Source: Candidatus Methanoperedenaceae archaeon GB37 (GTDB lineage Archaea > Halobacteriota > Methanosarcinia > Methanosarcinales > EX4572-44). From it: a stretch of 64,000 nt of DNA. The notes under the pieces are model-generated. The model saw nothing but the letters and a program-made list of their open reading frames with translations, searched no databases and was not told the DNA's origin. How positions within the stretch are numbered: position 1 is the first letter of the stretch; every line of letters begins with the position of its first letter. The stretch lies in the NCBI GenBank assembly GCA_905171695.1, contig LR991653.1, forward strand, positions 1,146,150 through 1,210,149, given 5' to 3'. Shown here piece after piece: positions 50,349 to 59,918 of the stretch. A program made the position numbers and the translations under genes.

Positions 50349-51305
50349 AAGTCTCGGTCGTGGTTTGTACATACACCATTGAGCTATTTCAGGACACATT
50401 AGCGTGCATAGGCTCACTTGTTAATCAAGATTACGTAGATAAAGAGATGCTTCTCGTCATGGATCGAGATGAGAAGTTGTATCAGATGTTTCTCGACACC
50501 ATTCCTGATTCTGTGAAAATATTAATTAATGAACGTCCAGGGCTTTCAGAAGCTCGGAACCTCGGGATAAAGAACGCAGAGGGGGATGTTATCGTGTTTA
50601 TAGATGATGATGCAGTTGCAGAAAAGAGTTATCTCTCAAATCTCACCAAAAACTACGAAGATGAAGATGTTGTTGGCGTTGGTGGGAAGATCTTGCCAAA
50701 GAGGAGACCGAGTTATCCAGAGGAGCTTTACTGGATCGGAGGGTTCACATATAAAGGATTTCCAGAAGAAAGATCTGAGGTTAGGAATGTGCTTGGATGC
50801 AATATGTCCTTCAGAAGAGAGGTCTTTGATAAAGTTGGTCTCTTCGACACAGAACTTGGCAGAGTTGGAAGAAAGCTTGTGACAGCAGAAGAGACCGAGT
50901 TCAGCATAAGGGTCTTGAACGCTCTACCAGACTCGAAGATCATCTACGATCCATCAGCCATCGTTTATCATAAAGTGCATGAGTATCGAGAAAATCTCAG
51001 ATACATGCTCTCTCAGATACATGCTCAGAAGAGGATACCATGAAAGCATCTCAAAGGCACAGATCAAGAGAGAGCACACCAAAGATTCCAATGATAAAAC
51101 ACTTGCAACAGAGGACAAATACCTTAGTTATCTGATTAAAAATGCAATTCCTGAGCGATTGAAGAGAGCATCGATGGGAGAAAGAGTCGCATCCAACCTG
51201 AAAGAGGTATTTATGTTGATTTCGGTGATCGGAAGTGTCGGAATCGGGTTTGTAGTAGGGAATCTAACTGTAAATACCAGAACACCCAAAACACAAGCCC
51301 AATAG
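50345..51305 (+). pseudogene. GT2 glycosyltransferase (AglG-like) frameshifted by a 16-bp duplication
   Basis: VSVVVCTY, GLSEARN, FIDDD, GCNMSFR, AEETE. TCTCAGATACATGCTC x2 at 50995-51026; removing one copy gives 314 aa. Confidence 0.88.
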
Positions 51306-51313
51306 TTGCTGAC

Positions 51314-51601
51314 ATGCGTTATCTACCCTTTAAGTCATCTTCGATCCCAAATATAATCGCAAATGTGCATGAGGATCATCTGGTCTTTGGAGAGGTGAGC
51401 AGGGTGTTAAAAGAAGACGGCACTGCAATCATAAGCGTTCCATTTACGGACGGGGTTAAACATTCTCCTTTACTTATGAATCTTCTGCACAGATTTACGC
51501 GGTTCTGGAGAATTATCCCGAAAGGATGGTTTGTGCTCAAGGACTTCATACCTGGCTGGATGTGCTGGAGGCTTGAGGAGAGACTGCCTATAGATGAGTA
51601 A
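51314..51601 (+). pseudogene. Class I SAM methyltransferase C-terminal fragment
   Basis: LPF..SS...EH-like segment and EVSRVLKEDGTAIISVP; no motif I present. Confidence 0.5.
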
Positions 51602-51677
51602 AAATAGGGATGGTGCAGTGGTGAAAGCGAGGAAGAAGGCAAGGACATATGAATTTTTAGAGGAGTTGACCGATCAA

Positions 51678-51890
51678 ATGAAGTAGAGGATCAGGGTCAC
51701 GAAGCAATTTGAGAATGGCTTCGCAAGATCAGAGAAGACGCTCAAAAAGCGAATAATCAAGCGAATTGATATGCTAAAGACCGATCCCTCTTCATCTAAA
51801 GCCTTGCATCGTGGTTTAAAGGGTAGATACAGTCGGAGAATCGGTGATTACAGGGCGACAAGCGAAATTTTTATACACTATGCTGTATGA
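51678..51890 (+). pseudogene. relE: RelE/ParE-family toxin, stop at codon 3 and truncated
   Basis: MK*RIRVTKQF...LHRGLKGRYSRRIGDYR. Confidence 0.75.
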
Positions 51891-51899
51891 GGTGATAAT

Positions 51900-52133
51900 A
51901 TGAAAACATTAAGCTACATAATCTTGCTCAGAAGAGAACCTGAGGGCGGTTATACAGTGATAGTTCCATCTCTCCCTGGCTGTGTAACCTAGGGGGACAC
52001 AATAGAAGAAGCGATAGAGATGGCAAAAGAAGCTATTGAGCTATACATAGAGAGCTTAAAGGAGCATGGCGAAGAGATACCAACAGAAGAAGGGACTTTG
52101 GAATATACTTTAACGGTAGGGGCTTATGCCTAA
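51900..52133 (+). pseudogene. hicB: HicB antitoxin with in-frame TAG at codon 31
   Basis: EPEGGYTVIVPSLPGCVT*GDTIEEAIEMAKEAI. Confidence 0.85.
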
Positions 52134-52354
52134 ACTCCTTTCTCTTACCTCCCAGAAAATTATCAAGGTGCTTGAAAAGAAGGGATTTGTTTGTATAGAT
52201 AGGATTAAGGGAAGCCATCATATTTTACTACCACCCGGAAATGAAAAGAAGAGTTGTTGTTCCTTTTCATAAAAGGGATTTACCAAAGGGAACGTTGCTT
52301 GAAATTTTAAAACAGGCAGGTATAAATAAGGAGGAGTTAAGAGAGTTACTATGA
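52126..52354 (+). pseudogene. hicA: HicA toxin, +1 frameshift
   Basis: MPKL....KIIKVLEKKGF...RIKGSHHI, then after the shift VVVPFHKRDLPKGTLLEILKQAGI. Confidence 0.85.
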
Positions 52355-52360
52355 TGAAAA

Positions 52361-52462
52361 ACTTCGCCTAACGCAGCGTATACACGGCGGGCTAACGCCC
52401 TTGCCCTTCAGGACATCCCGACTTCGTCGGGATGTCGTATATGCTGGAGACGATACACGCAA
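52361..52462 (+). repeat. attC-like imperfect palindrome downstream of the hicBA unit
   Basis: GCCTAAC (RYYYAAC) at 52366-52372; CAGCGTATAC/GTATATGCTG arm pair; perfect 11-bp hairpin GACATCCCGAC-TTC-GTCGGGATGTC (52412-52436). The right core reads GATACAC rather than GTTRRRY. Confidence 0.5.
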
Positions 52463-52828
52463 TAAACGAAGATAAGAGGAGAGTAACATCGATTGCACTG
52501 TGAAATGTGAAATGCTATTCATAGAAAGAAAGAAAGTTTATGAACGGATGGATGGTTGATAATGCAAGATGCAGTAGAGGTTATGTGGTTGAAGATCGCA
52601 TAAAAGAAAAGGGTTTGAGAAAGATGCGTGGAGATATGCTAAAGAATTGGTTATGCGTGTTATGATATGGGGTTAAGATGAGGATTATGCAGATGTAAAA
52701 GGAGGTGTTTTTGGATATGTTAAACTATAAAATGCAGTTATCCATAAAATCCCACCAGAAGCTCTATCATAATGCATGGCGAACGTGAGCAATTTATAAA
52801 TTGGGGAGATGAATTAGAGATATGACAA

Positions 52829-53072
52829 GTGGATGAAATTAAAGAAATCTTCAAAGATAACCGATTTGCACTCTCATTAACTCTTATCGCATTTACAATC
52901 TGGTTATCCTCAGTTCCACAGGCGAGAACCAATTTATTTGCAGAAGGGATAGGTGATCTCGGTCTCATTACAATTCTACCAGTAACCTATTTTATAGCGT
53001 TTTCGCTGCTCACAATCTCTTTTCTTATTGCTTTGAAGTCTGAGAAAAAGAATGAGATGTTGCTGTTTTTGC
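52829..53072 (+). pseudogene. N-terminal fragment of a multi-pass membrane protein interrupted by IS debris
   Basis: Two hydrophobic helices (…GDLGLITILPVTYFIAFSLL…); the frame runs into the IS copy at 53073. Confidence 0.45.
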
Positions 53073-54050
53073 AGGGATGTTCAAGACGAAAGAGACGTGT
53101 GACGAGTGTGACGACTATATCATAGAATATTATATTGTTGAGATTATGAGGTTCTTCTTTGGACTCTCTTCGATTCTCTTTTACGCATTTCTGAGAGACC
53201 ACGGGGAGTTGAGATACATTTTAAACCTTAAAAGTGCTTAAATCATTCTCAGATTACGAAGATTTCAGGAAGAAATCACACAGGACAAAAGTAAGGATAG
53301 ACAATATAATAAAAAGGAATGTTAAAGAAAAAGCAGACGAGATCTATGGACTGGAGACCACAGTTGTAACAGTGGATTTAAACAGGCTGAGGAAAGGGAA
53401 AAAGATGATAAAGGATGGATTTTTTGATGCAGAATTCTGCCATGATTCTCTTAGAGGTTCTGAAGTCGGCTATATTGTCTGCACACTCTGATAAATCTCA
53501 CGAATTTCTCGGTTGTTGAAGAACGAACCAAAGAAGGAAATCTGGGAAGAGATAGTAATATCAAATCTGAGAACTCAAAATGGGAAAATAAAGGTTATCA
53601 TGGCTGATGCTGGATTCTTAGCCTACAATAATATTCTGTTACCTCTTAACCTCAGAACAATTCCTCTAATAAAAGTGAAAAGTAACATAGATGTAAAAAA
53701 GCTTAAAAAGAGAATTGAAAATCATCCAGCAAACCTATTCTGGCTTGACAGCAAATACAACAAGAATCTATCAAGCTTACTTAAAGATTTCAGTTACGCA
53801 ATAAAACAAACAGTGGAAGGGATTAACAAATACGAAAAATTCACTGAAACAAGAAGCAGAATAGAATCTTTCTTCAAAATAGCATAAGGCAATATTTAGT
53901 TTGAAAGACTCGCATCTCTATTACCGCAAACATGCGATTACAGAAATAAAAACGATCTCCTATGCTACACAATTGTTCTGTCAGTTCTACTTGAAGAATA
54001 GAATAAACATGGAAAGATTTATTGAAAGAATCAAGAGAAGAAAACTCTAA
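53073..54050 (+). pseudogene. Degenerate DDE transposase, copy 2
   Basis: IKVIMADAGF and RSRIESFFK. 53073-53714 is an inverted near-identical match to 32686-33317 plus a private 9-bp duplication at 53097-53114. Confidence 0.72.
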
Positions 54051-54115
54051 TACTAATTACACTTTACTCGAATTCTTTAATTTCTATGATGAACCGTCCC
54101 AGTGGTCATTTAATT

Positions 54116-54700
54116 TTACAGAGAAACTGGAAAAAAAGAGACCCTAATATCTTTATTCTCTGTTTTAGTGTTGCATGAAATCTTTTGGGTGGATTTCATG
54201 CTCCGAAAGGTTTGATGCTCAAGTTCCAGGTCTATGTTTTTCAGTGCATCTATAGAGCCAGGGAGCTCTATCAACGATAAATTCTGGTTTCTTCTCACGC
54301 ACTTCTCTGAAGGACCTTGTAACAAGATAATTTCTGTTTGTATAAATTCTCATCATGATTAACTCGTTTTTCTCAACATCTACCGCAGAATAAGCATAGT
54401 ACGTATTTTTATCTTGCTTTAACAACTCTTTCGTCTAACGCTATCAGATATCTTCTCTTCTTCTCCGATACAAGCAAGCAATCTCTCTTCAAACTTCCCT
54501 GTTCCAAAGAGAGGTTTTAGAGACCGGACGAAGCCAGAGAGAGAACTCTAGCAGTCCTCCCGAGAGAAGACGTCTGAATACAGGTTACAATACCGGGAAT
54601 CTCAACATAGAAAAGGCACCTTATTCCTCTCAAACACCTTCAACTCTTCAACAATCTCCCTTACCCTCAGCATAAATAAAAGATAGTCTCTTGTATTTAT
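54116..54700 (-). pseudogene. IS6-family transposase remnant
   Basis: YLIALDERVVK, YAYSAVDVEKNEL...RNYL, PEFIVDRAPWL. Confidence 0.7.
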
Positions 54701-54874
54701 AATTTTATGTGGACGGATCCATCCCGTTTTACAGCAGAGCTTATATAGTAGGAGGTAGGGTCTTCATAGTTGTTGATCGAGGCTGATCGGTCTTTTAGTC
54801 CCTCGCTTCTTCGTTTCAGATTAAATATCTAAAAAGAGTTTCTGCGTAGTAGAAAGGTGTGAAGGTGTGCTGGT

Positions 54875-57319
54875 ATGGGTGGAGAGGCTTCGAAGGTTGT
54901 ACCTGTCTTGATTGAAGAAGAGATGAAGCGCTCTTACATCGACTATGCTATGAGCGTTATTATTGGGAGAGCCCTCCCGGATGTGCGAGATGGGTTGAAG
55001 CCTGTGCATCGCCGCATTCTCTATGCTATGTATGAGCAGGGTATGACCTCTGATAGGCCGTATAAGAAGTCGGCGAGGATTGTGGGTGATGTGCTTGGTA
55101 AGTATCATCCGCATGGCGATATGGCGGTTTATGATAGTATTGTGCGGATGGTTCAGGACTTCTCTATGCGTTATCCGCTTCTTGATGGGCAGGGTAATTT
55201 TGGGTCGGTTGATGGTGATAGTGCGGCAGCCATGCGGTACACTGAGGTGCGTCTTGCAGGGATTGCAGATGAGATGCTTGCCGACATAGAGAAGGAGACC
55301 TGTGATTTTACGCCGAATTATGATGGTAGTCTTGAAGAACCCAGTATATTGCCTGCCAGGCTTCCAAATCTCCTTGTCAACGGTTCTACTGGTATTGCGG
55401 TTGGGATGGCAACCAATATGCCGCCGCACAATCTTGGGGAGGTGGTGGATGTTCTTCTTCTCTTGATCGAGAAGCCTGATGTCTCACTGAGAGAGTTGAT
55501 GGATGAGATTAAAGGTCCTGATTTTCCAACTGGAGCGATGATCGTTGGACGGGAAGGGATCGTGAGTGCCTACGCGACTGGTAGGGGGAGTGTGAGGATA
55601 CGCGGGGTTGCTGAGATTGAGGAGGATGGTGGGCGGCAGAGGATTGTGGTCTCGGAGTTGCCGTATCAGGTGAACAAGGCAAGGCTTGTGGAGCAGATTG
55701 CAGATCTTGTCCGAGAGAGGAAGATCGTTGGAGTGAGTGATCTTCGGGATGAATCGGATAAGGATGGGATTCGGGTGGTGATCGAGGTTTCAAGGCATGC
55801 AGAGCCACGTGTTATTCTCAACCAGCTATACCTTCACACGCCGCTCGAGACGAGCTTTGGGATAATCAACCTTGCGATCGTTGATGGGACGCCGAAGGTT
55901 CTCAACCTGAAGGAGATCCTCACCTATCACATCGAGCATCGTAAGGAGATCATCAGGCGACGGAGTAGTTATGACCTTCAGATGGCTCTGGAGAGAGCGC
56001 ATATACTCGAAGGCTTGAAGATAGCGCTTGAGAGTATTGATGGGGTCATACGTATCATTCGCTCGTCAAGGACGCCTGATCTTGCAAGAAGAGGTCTTAT
56101 CGAAGAGTACAGTCTGACAGAGACCCAGGCAAAGGCGATCCTTGAGATGCGATTGCAGAGGCTCACTGCTCTTGAACGGGAGAAGATAGATCATGAGCAT
56201 GAAGAACTGCTCCTGAGAATAGCACGGCTCAGAGAGATTCTGGAGAGTGAGAGAGAGGTTCTCAAGATAATACGAGACGAGCTTCTCGAACTGAAGGAGA
56301 GATATGCCGATTCACGGAGAACGAGGATAATCGAGGGAGACCGTGATGTCACGATAGAGGATCTCATAGCAAGAGAGGACGTGCTGATAACGATCACCAG
56401 AAGAGGCTACATAAAGCGACAGCCAGTTGACACCTATCGACAGCAGCGTCGGGGTGGACGGGGCATCATCGGAGTGGAGACGAGAGAGGAGGACTTCGTA
56501 TGCGATCTCATGGTTGCGTCCACCCACGACCAGATACTCTTCTTCACTGACCGGGGTCGAGTGCACTGGTTACGGGTTTATGAGATTCCGGAGGGCAGTC
56601 GTCAGTCCAGAGGTAAAGCGATCATCAACCTCATTGGAATAGGATCTGATGAGAAGATAACAGCGGCAATACCAATAAAAAGATTTGAAGATAATAATTA
56701 TCTTTTAATGTCGACAAAAAATGGAATAATTAAGAAAACAAGTCTTTCTGAGTTTAAAAGACCGAGAAAAGGTGGTATAAAAGCTATAAATCTCGATGAA
56801 AATGATCGGCTTGTCTCTGTGAAACTCACAGACGAGAGAAGAGAGATCATACTCGGAACACGCCTCGGCAAAGCCATTCGCTTCCATGAAGAACAGGTGA
56901 GAGCGATGGGACGGGCGGCACACGGAGTGATAGGAATAAAACTCTCACGCGAGGACACGGTGATAGGGATGGCGATAGTAGAGGAGGGTGCAACCCTTTT
57001 AACCATAACAGAGAACGGCTACGGCAAAAGGACAAACTTTGACGAATACCGCAGAACAAACCGCGGCGGACAAGGCGTGATCAATATCATAACAAGCCCG
57101 AGAAACGGAGAAGTGGTAGGGATCAAAACGGTCCATGAGAGAGACGAGATAATAATCACAACCGAGGCAGGGATAATCATCCGAACAGAGATAAAGACGA
57201 TCCGAATACAGGGGAGAAGTACCCAGGGTGTCCGCATCATGAACGTACAACCCGGCGACCGGGTGGTAGGAGTAGCACGCCTCTCCACATCTGTAGAGAA
57301 GATGCGCTCCGCACAATAG
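54875..57319 (+). CDS. gyrA: DNA gyrase subunit A
   Basis: [26 protein letters not shown], GyrA-box QRRGGRG. Confidence 0.97.
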   Translation: MGGEASKVVPVLIEEEMKRSYIDYAMSVIIGRALPDVRDGLKPVHRRILYAMYEQGMTSDRPYKKSARIVGDVLGKYHPHGDMAVYDSIVRMVQDFSMRYPLLDGQGNFGSVDGDSAAAMRYTEVRLAGIADEMLADIEKETCDFTPNYDGSLEEPSILPARLPNLLVNGSTGIAVGMATNMPPHNLGEVVDVLLLLIEKPDVSLRELMDEIKGPDFPTGAMIVGREGIVSAYATGRGSVRIRGVAEIEEDGGRQRIVVSELPYQVNKARLVEQIADLVRERKIVGVSDLRDESDKDGIRVVIEVSRHAEPRVILNQLYLHTPLETSFGIINLAIVDGTPKVLNLKEILTYHIEHRKEIIRRRSSYDLQMALERAHILEGLKIALESIDGVIRIIRSSRTPDLARRGLIEEYSLTETQAKAILEMRLQRLTALEREKIDHEHEELLLRIARLREILESEREVLKIIRDELLELKERYADSRRTRIIEGDRDVTIEDLIAREDVLITITRRGYIKRQPVDTYRQQRRGGRGIIGVETREEDFVCDLMVASTHDQILFFTDRGRVHWLRVYEIPEGSRQSRGKAIINLIGIGSDEKITAAIPIKRFEDNNYLLMSTKNGIIKKTSLSEFKRPRKGGIKAINLDENDRLVSVKLTDERREIILGTRLGKAIRFHEEQVRAMGRAAHGVIGIKLSREDTVIGMAIVEEGATLLTITENGYGKRTNFDEYRRTNRGGQGVINIITSPRNGEVVGIKTVHERDEIIITTEAGIIIRTEIKTIRIQGRSTQGVRIMNVQPGDRVVGVARLSTSVEKMRSAQ

Positions 57320-57329
57320 AAGGATGGTC

Positions 57330-59321
57330 TCAGCGCGAAGCTCTCACATCCGGTTTGATTCTCTTCTTGAGTTCGGCGATCCTCTCTCTGAGTACGATCG
57401 CCCGTTCAAACTCGAGTTTATCAGCTGCTTCCATCATCTCCGCCTCGAGTTCTATGATCAGGTTTGGAATCTCTCTCCTGGGTATATGTCTTGTATCCTT
57501 CACCTCGATCTCTCTCTTTTTGATCGGTTTTATGATCGTCTTTGGAACGATTCCATGCTCTCTGTTATATGCCATCTGAATTCTTCTCCGCCGTTCTGTC
57601 TCTCTCACAGCCTCTCTTATAGAATCGGTCTCTTTATCTGCGTAGAGCACCACCTTTGAGTTCACGTTCCGTGCAGCTCTTCCTATCGTCTGTATCAGGC
57701 TTCTTGTGTCCCGCAGGAATCCTTCTTTGTCGGCATCGAGTATTCCGATGAACCCGACCTCTGGTATATCGAGTCCTTCTCGCAGGAGATTTATCCCGAC
57801 AAGAACGTCGAACCTTCCCAGTCGGAGCTCTCTTATTATCTCGGTTCGTTCGAGTGTATCGATCTCGGAATGCAGGTATCTTGTTTTTATCCCCTGTTCT
57901 GCAAGGTATTCTGCCAATTCTTCGGCAAGCCTCTTCGTGATCGTCGTAACAAGTACCCGGTCGCCACGTTCTATCGTGGCACCGATCTCCCTCTTCAGAT
58001 CGTTGATCTGACCTTTCACTGGCCGCACAAAGACCGCTGGATCAACGAGACCTGTGGGTCTTATGATCTGCTCAACCACCTGCGCCGACCTCTCTAGTTC
58101 ATACTCCCCTGGTGTCGCTGATGTGAAGATCACCGTGTTCCGCTTCATATACTCTTCGAACTCCTCGAACTTCAGGGGGCGGTTGTCGAGTGCGGTCTCC
58201 AGCCTGAAACCGTAATCGACGAGGGTCCTCTTTCTGGAGTAGTCACCATTGTACATCCCATGCAGCTGCGGGATTGTCTGGTGGCTTTCATCGATTATCA
58301 TCAAAAAATCGTCTCCAAAGTGGTCAAGGAGGGTATATGGCTTCTCTCCTCTCTTTCTCCCGTCGAAATGGAGAGAGTAATTCTCAATTCCCTTACAATA
58401 CCCTGTCTCTTCAATCATCTCGATATCATAGAGAGTTCTCTGTTTCAGTCGGTGGGCTTCGACCACTCCCAGCTTCGGAAGATTCCTCTCAAGCTCCGCT
58501 TTTATAGATGCTATCGCTTCCTTGATCCGGTCTTCAGGTATTACAAAGTGTCTTGCAGGATAGATAAAGAAATACTTCATCTTCTCTATGACCTCACCCG
58601 TGTTTCTGTCAATCTCAGAGATCGTCTCGATCTCATCCCCAAACATCTCCACACGTATGATATTGTTGAAGTATCCTGGGATCAGATCGATCGTATCACC
58701 CCTAACCCTGAAACGCCCTGGCATGAGTTCGATATCATTTCTCTCGAACTGTATCGAAACAAGTCTCTTCAAGAACTCAACTCTCGGCATCCTCTGCCCA
58801 ACCATTATCTCAAAACCCATCTTCCTAAAACTCTCAGGGCTTCCGATGCCATAAATACACGAGACCGATGCAACGATAATCACATCCCTTCTCGAGGATA
58901 GCGATGCGGTCGCGGCAAGCCTCATCTGATCGATCTTAGGGTTTATCTTGGCATCCTTCTCGATGTACTGATCCTTCTGCGGAATGTACGATTCTGGCTG
59001 GTAGAAGTCGTAATACGAGACGAAGTACTCAACCCTATTCTCTGGAAAGAACTCTTTGAACTCGTTATAGAGCTGAGCTGCAAGGGTCTTGTTGTGAGCG
59101 AGAACGAGCGTCGGCTTCTGGACCTCGTTTATGACATTTGCTATGGTGAACGTCTTCCCTGAACCTGTGACACCAAGGAGTGTCTGGTAGTTATAGTTCC
59201 TTCTTATGCCTTCAACCAGCTTACGTATCGCTTCTGGCTGCGAGCCCTTCGGCTTGAAGTCCGATTTTAATTTAAATTGGTATTTTTTAATAGAATTTTC
59301 ATCTTGTTCCATGATCACCAA
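57330..59321 (-). CDS. uvrB: Excinuclease ABC subunit B
   Basis: GVTGSGKT, HNKTLAAQL, YDFYQPE, IDESH, GLDIPEV, GRAARN, FERAIVLR. Confidence 0.97.
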   Translation of the reverse strand: MVIMEQDENSIKKYQFKLKSDFKPKGSQPEAIRKLVEGIRRNYNYQTLLGVTGSGKTFTIANVINEVQKPTLVLAHNKTLAAQLYNEFKEFFPENRVEYFVSYYDFYQPESYIPQKDQYIEKDAKINPKIDQMRLAATASLSSRRDVIIVASVSCIYGIGSPESFRKMGFEIMVGQRMPRVEFLKRLVSIQFERNDIELMPGRFRVRGDTIDLIPGYFNNIIRVEMFGDEIETISEIDRNTGEVIEKMKYFFIYPARHFVIPEDRIKEAIASIKAELERNLPKLGVVEAHRLKQRTLYDIEMIEETGYCKGIENYSLHFDGRKRGEKPYTLLDHFGDDFLMIIDESHQTIPQLHGMYNGDYSRKRTLVDYGFRLETALDNRPLKFEEFEEYMKRNTVIFTSATPGEYELERSAQVVEQIIRPTGLVDPAVFVRPVKGQINDLKREIGATIERGDRVLVTTITKRLAEELAEYLAEQGIKTRYLHSEIDTLERTEIIRELRLGRFDVLVGINLLREGLDIPEVGFIGILDADKEGFLRDTRSLIQTIGRAARNVNSKVVLYADKETDSIREAVRETERRRRIQMAYNREHGIVPKTIIKPIKKREIEVKDTRHIPRREIPNLIIELEAEMMEAADKLEFERAIVLRERIAELKKRIKPDVRASR

Positions 59322-59689
59322 TACACTCTTTGCATGTCAGTGTCATACATACACAGTAACAAGACTTTATCTAATTTATAGCCATCTCAACAACTCCTGA
59401 TACTTATAAACTCACCTACCCAGTCTCGTGAATAACCATACTTTCTCATACCAAATAACTCTAATGAGCCCTTTGCAAAACTTCTGTTCAAAGATATCTA
59501 TACCGCCTTCTATATTGGAATCCGTTCCAGAACCACTTATCCACCATCTTTTGCCTAATTTATTCCTTGGTCACCTTTATTTCTACCTATTTTCCCGCTA
59601 TTTCTTGAGAACTTACGCTATTACCTCTTTCATAGTCATTCCTCTAATTTTCTGCACTAATAAACTCATCTACCCAGTAACTTGAGTAG

Positions 59690-59885
59690 CCCTGTTTTCT
59701 CTCATCAAATAGATCCAATGCTACTCCTTCACAACTCTTGATCATCTCACCAAAGTCAAGAATATTGCTTAACTCTCTCTTTAAATCCTTCCAATCAAAC
59801 TCGATAGGATTTAAGTCGGGAGAATAGAGTGGAAGATAAATAAAATGGATGTCAAGTTCTTCTGCTTTAGCTGCTACAACCCCTG
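59690..59885 (-). pseudogene. IS630-family transposase C-terminal remnant
   Basis: IHFIYLPLYSPDLNPIEFDWKDLKREL. Confidence 0.8.
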
Positions 59886-59918
59886 GAGGTGAAGTTGTTT
59901 TAGGGATGAACTATAGTT

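Noticed and set aside
51678-52133. In-frame TAG codons in relE, hicB and the MTase tail copy as possible pyrrolysine/amber recoding
   Set aside because: TAG terminates intact genes here (UbiD 3837, csl4 34980, hicA 43655, S2P 38274). The two TA cases sit where Tyr is expected (one base from TAT), and neighbouring genes carry frameshifts, so decay is the simpler reading.
52460-52830. Short repeats (TGTGAAA x2, AGAA x3, GGAT x2) as a functional array
   Set aside because: Low-complexity decayed sequence with short, unrelated units.
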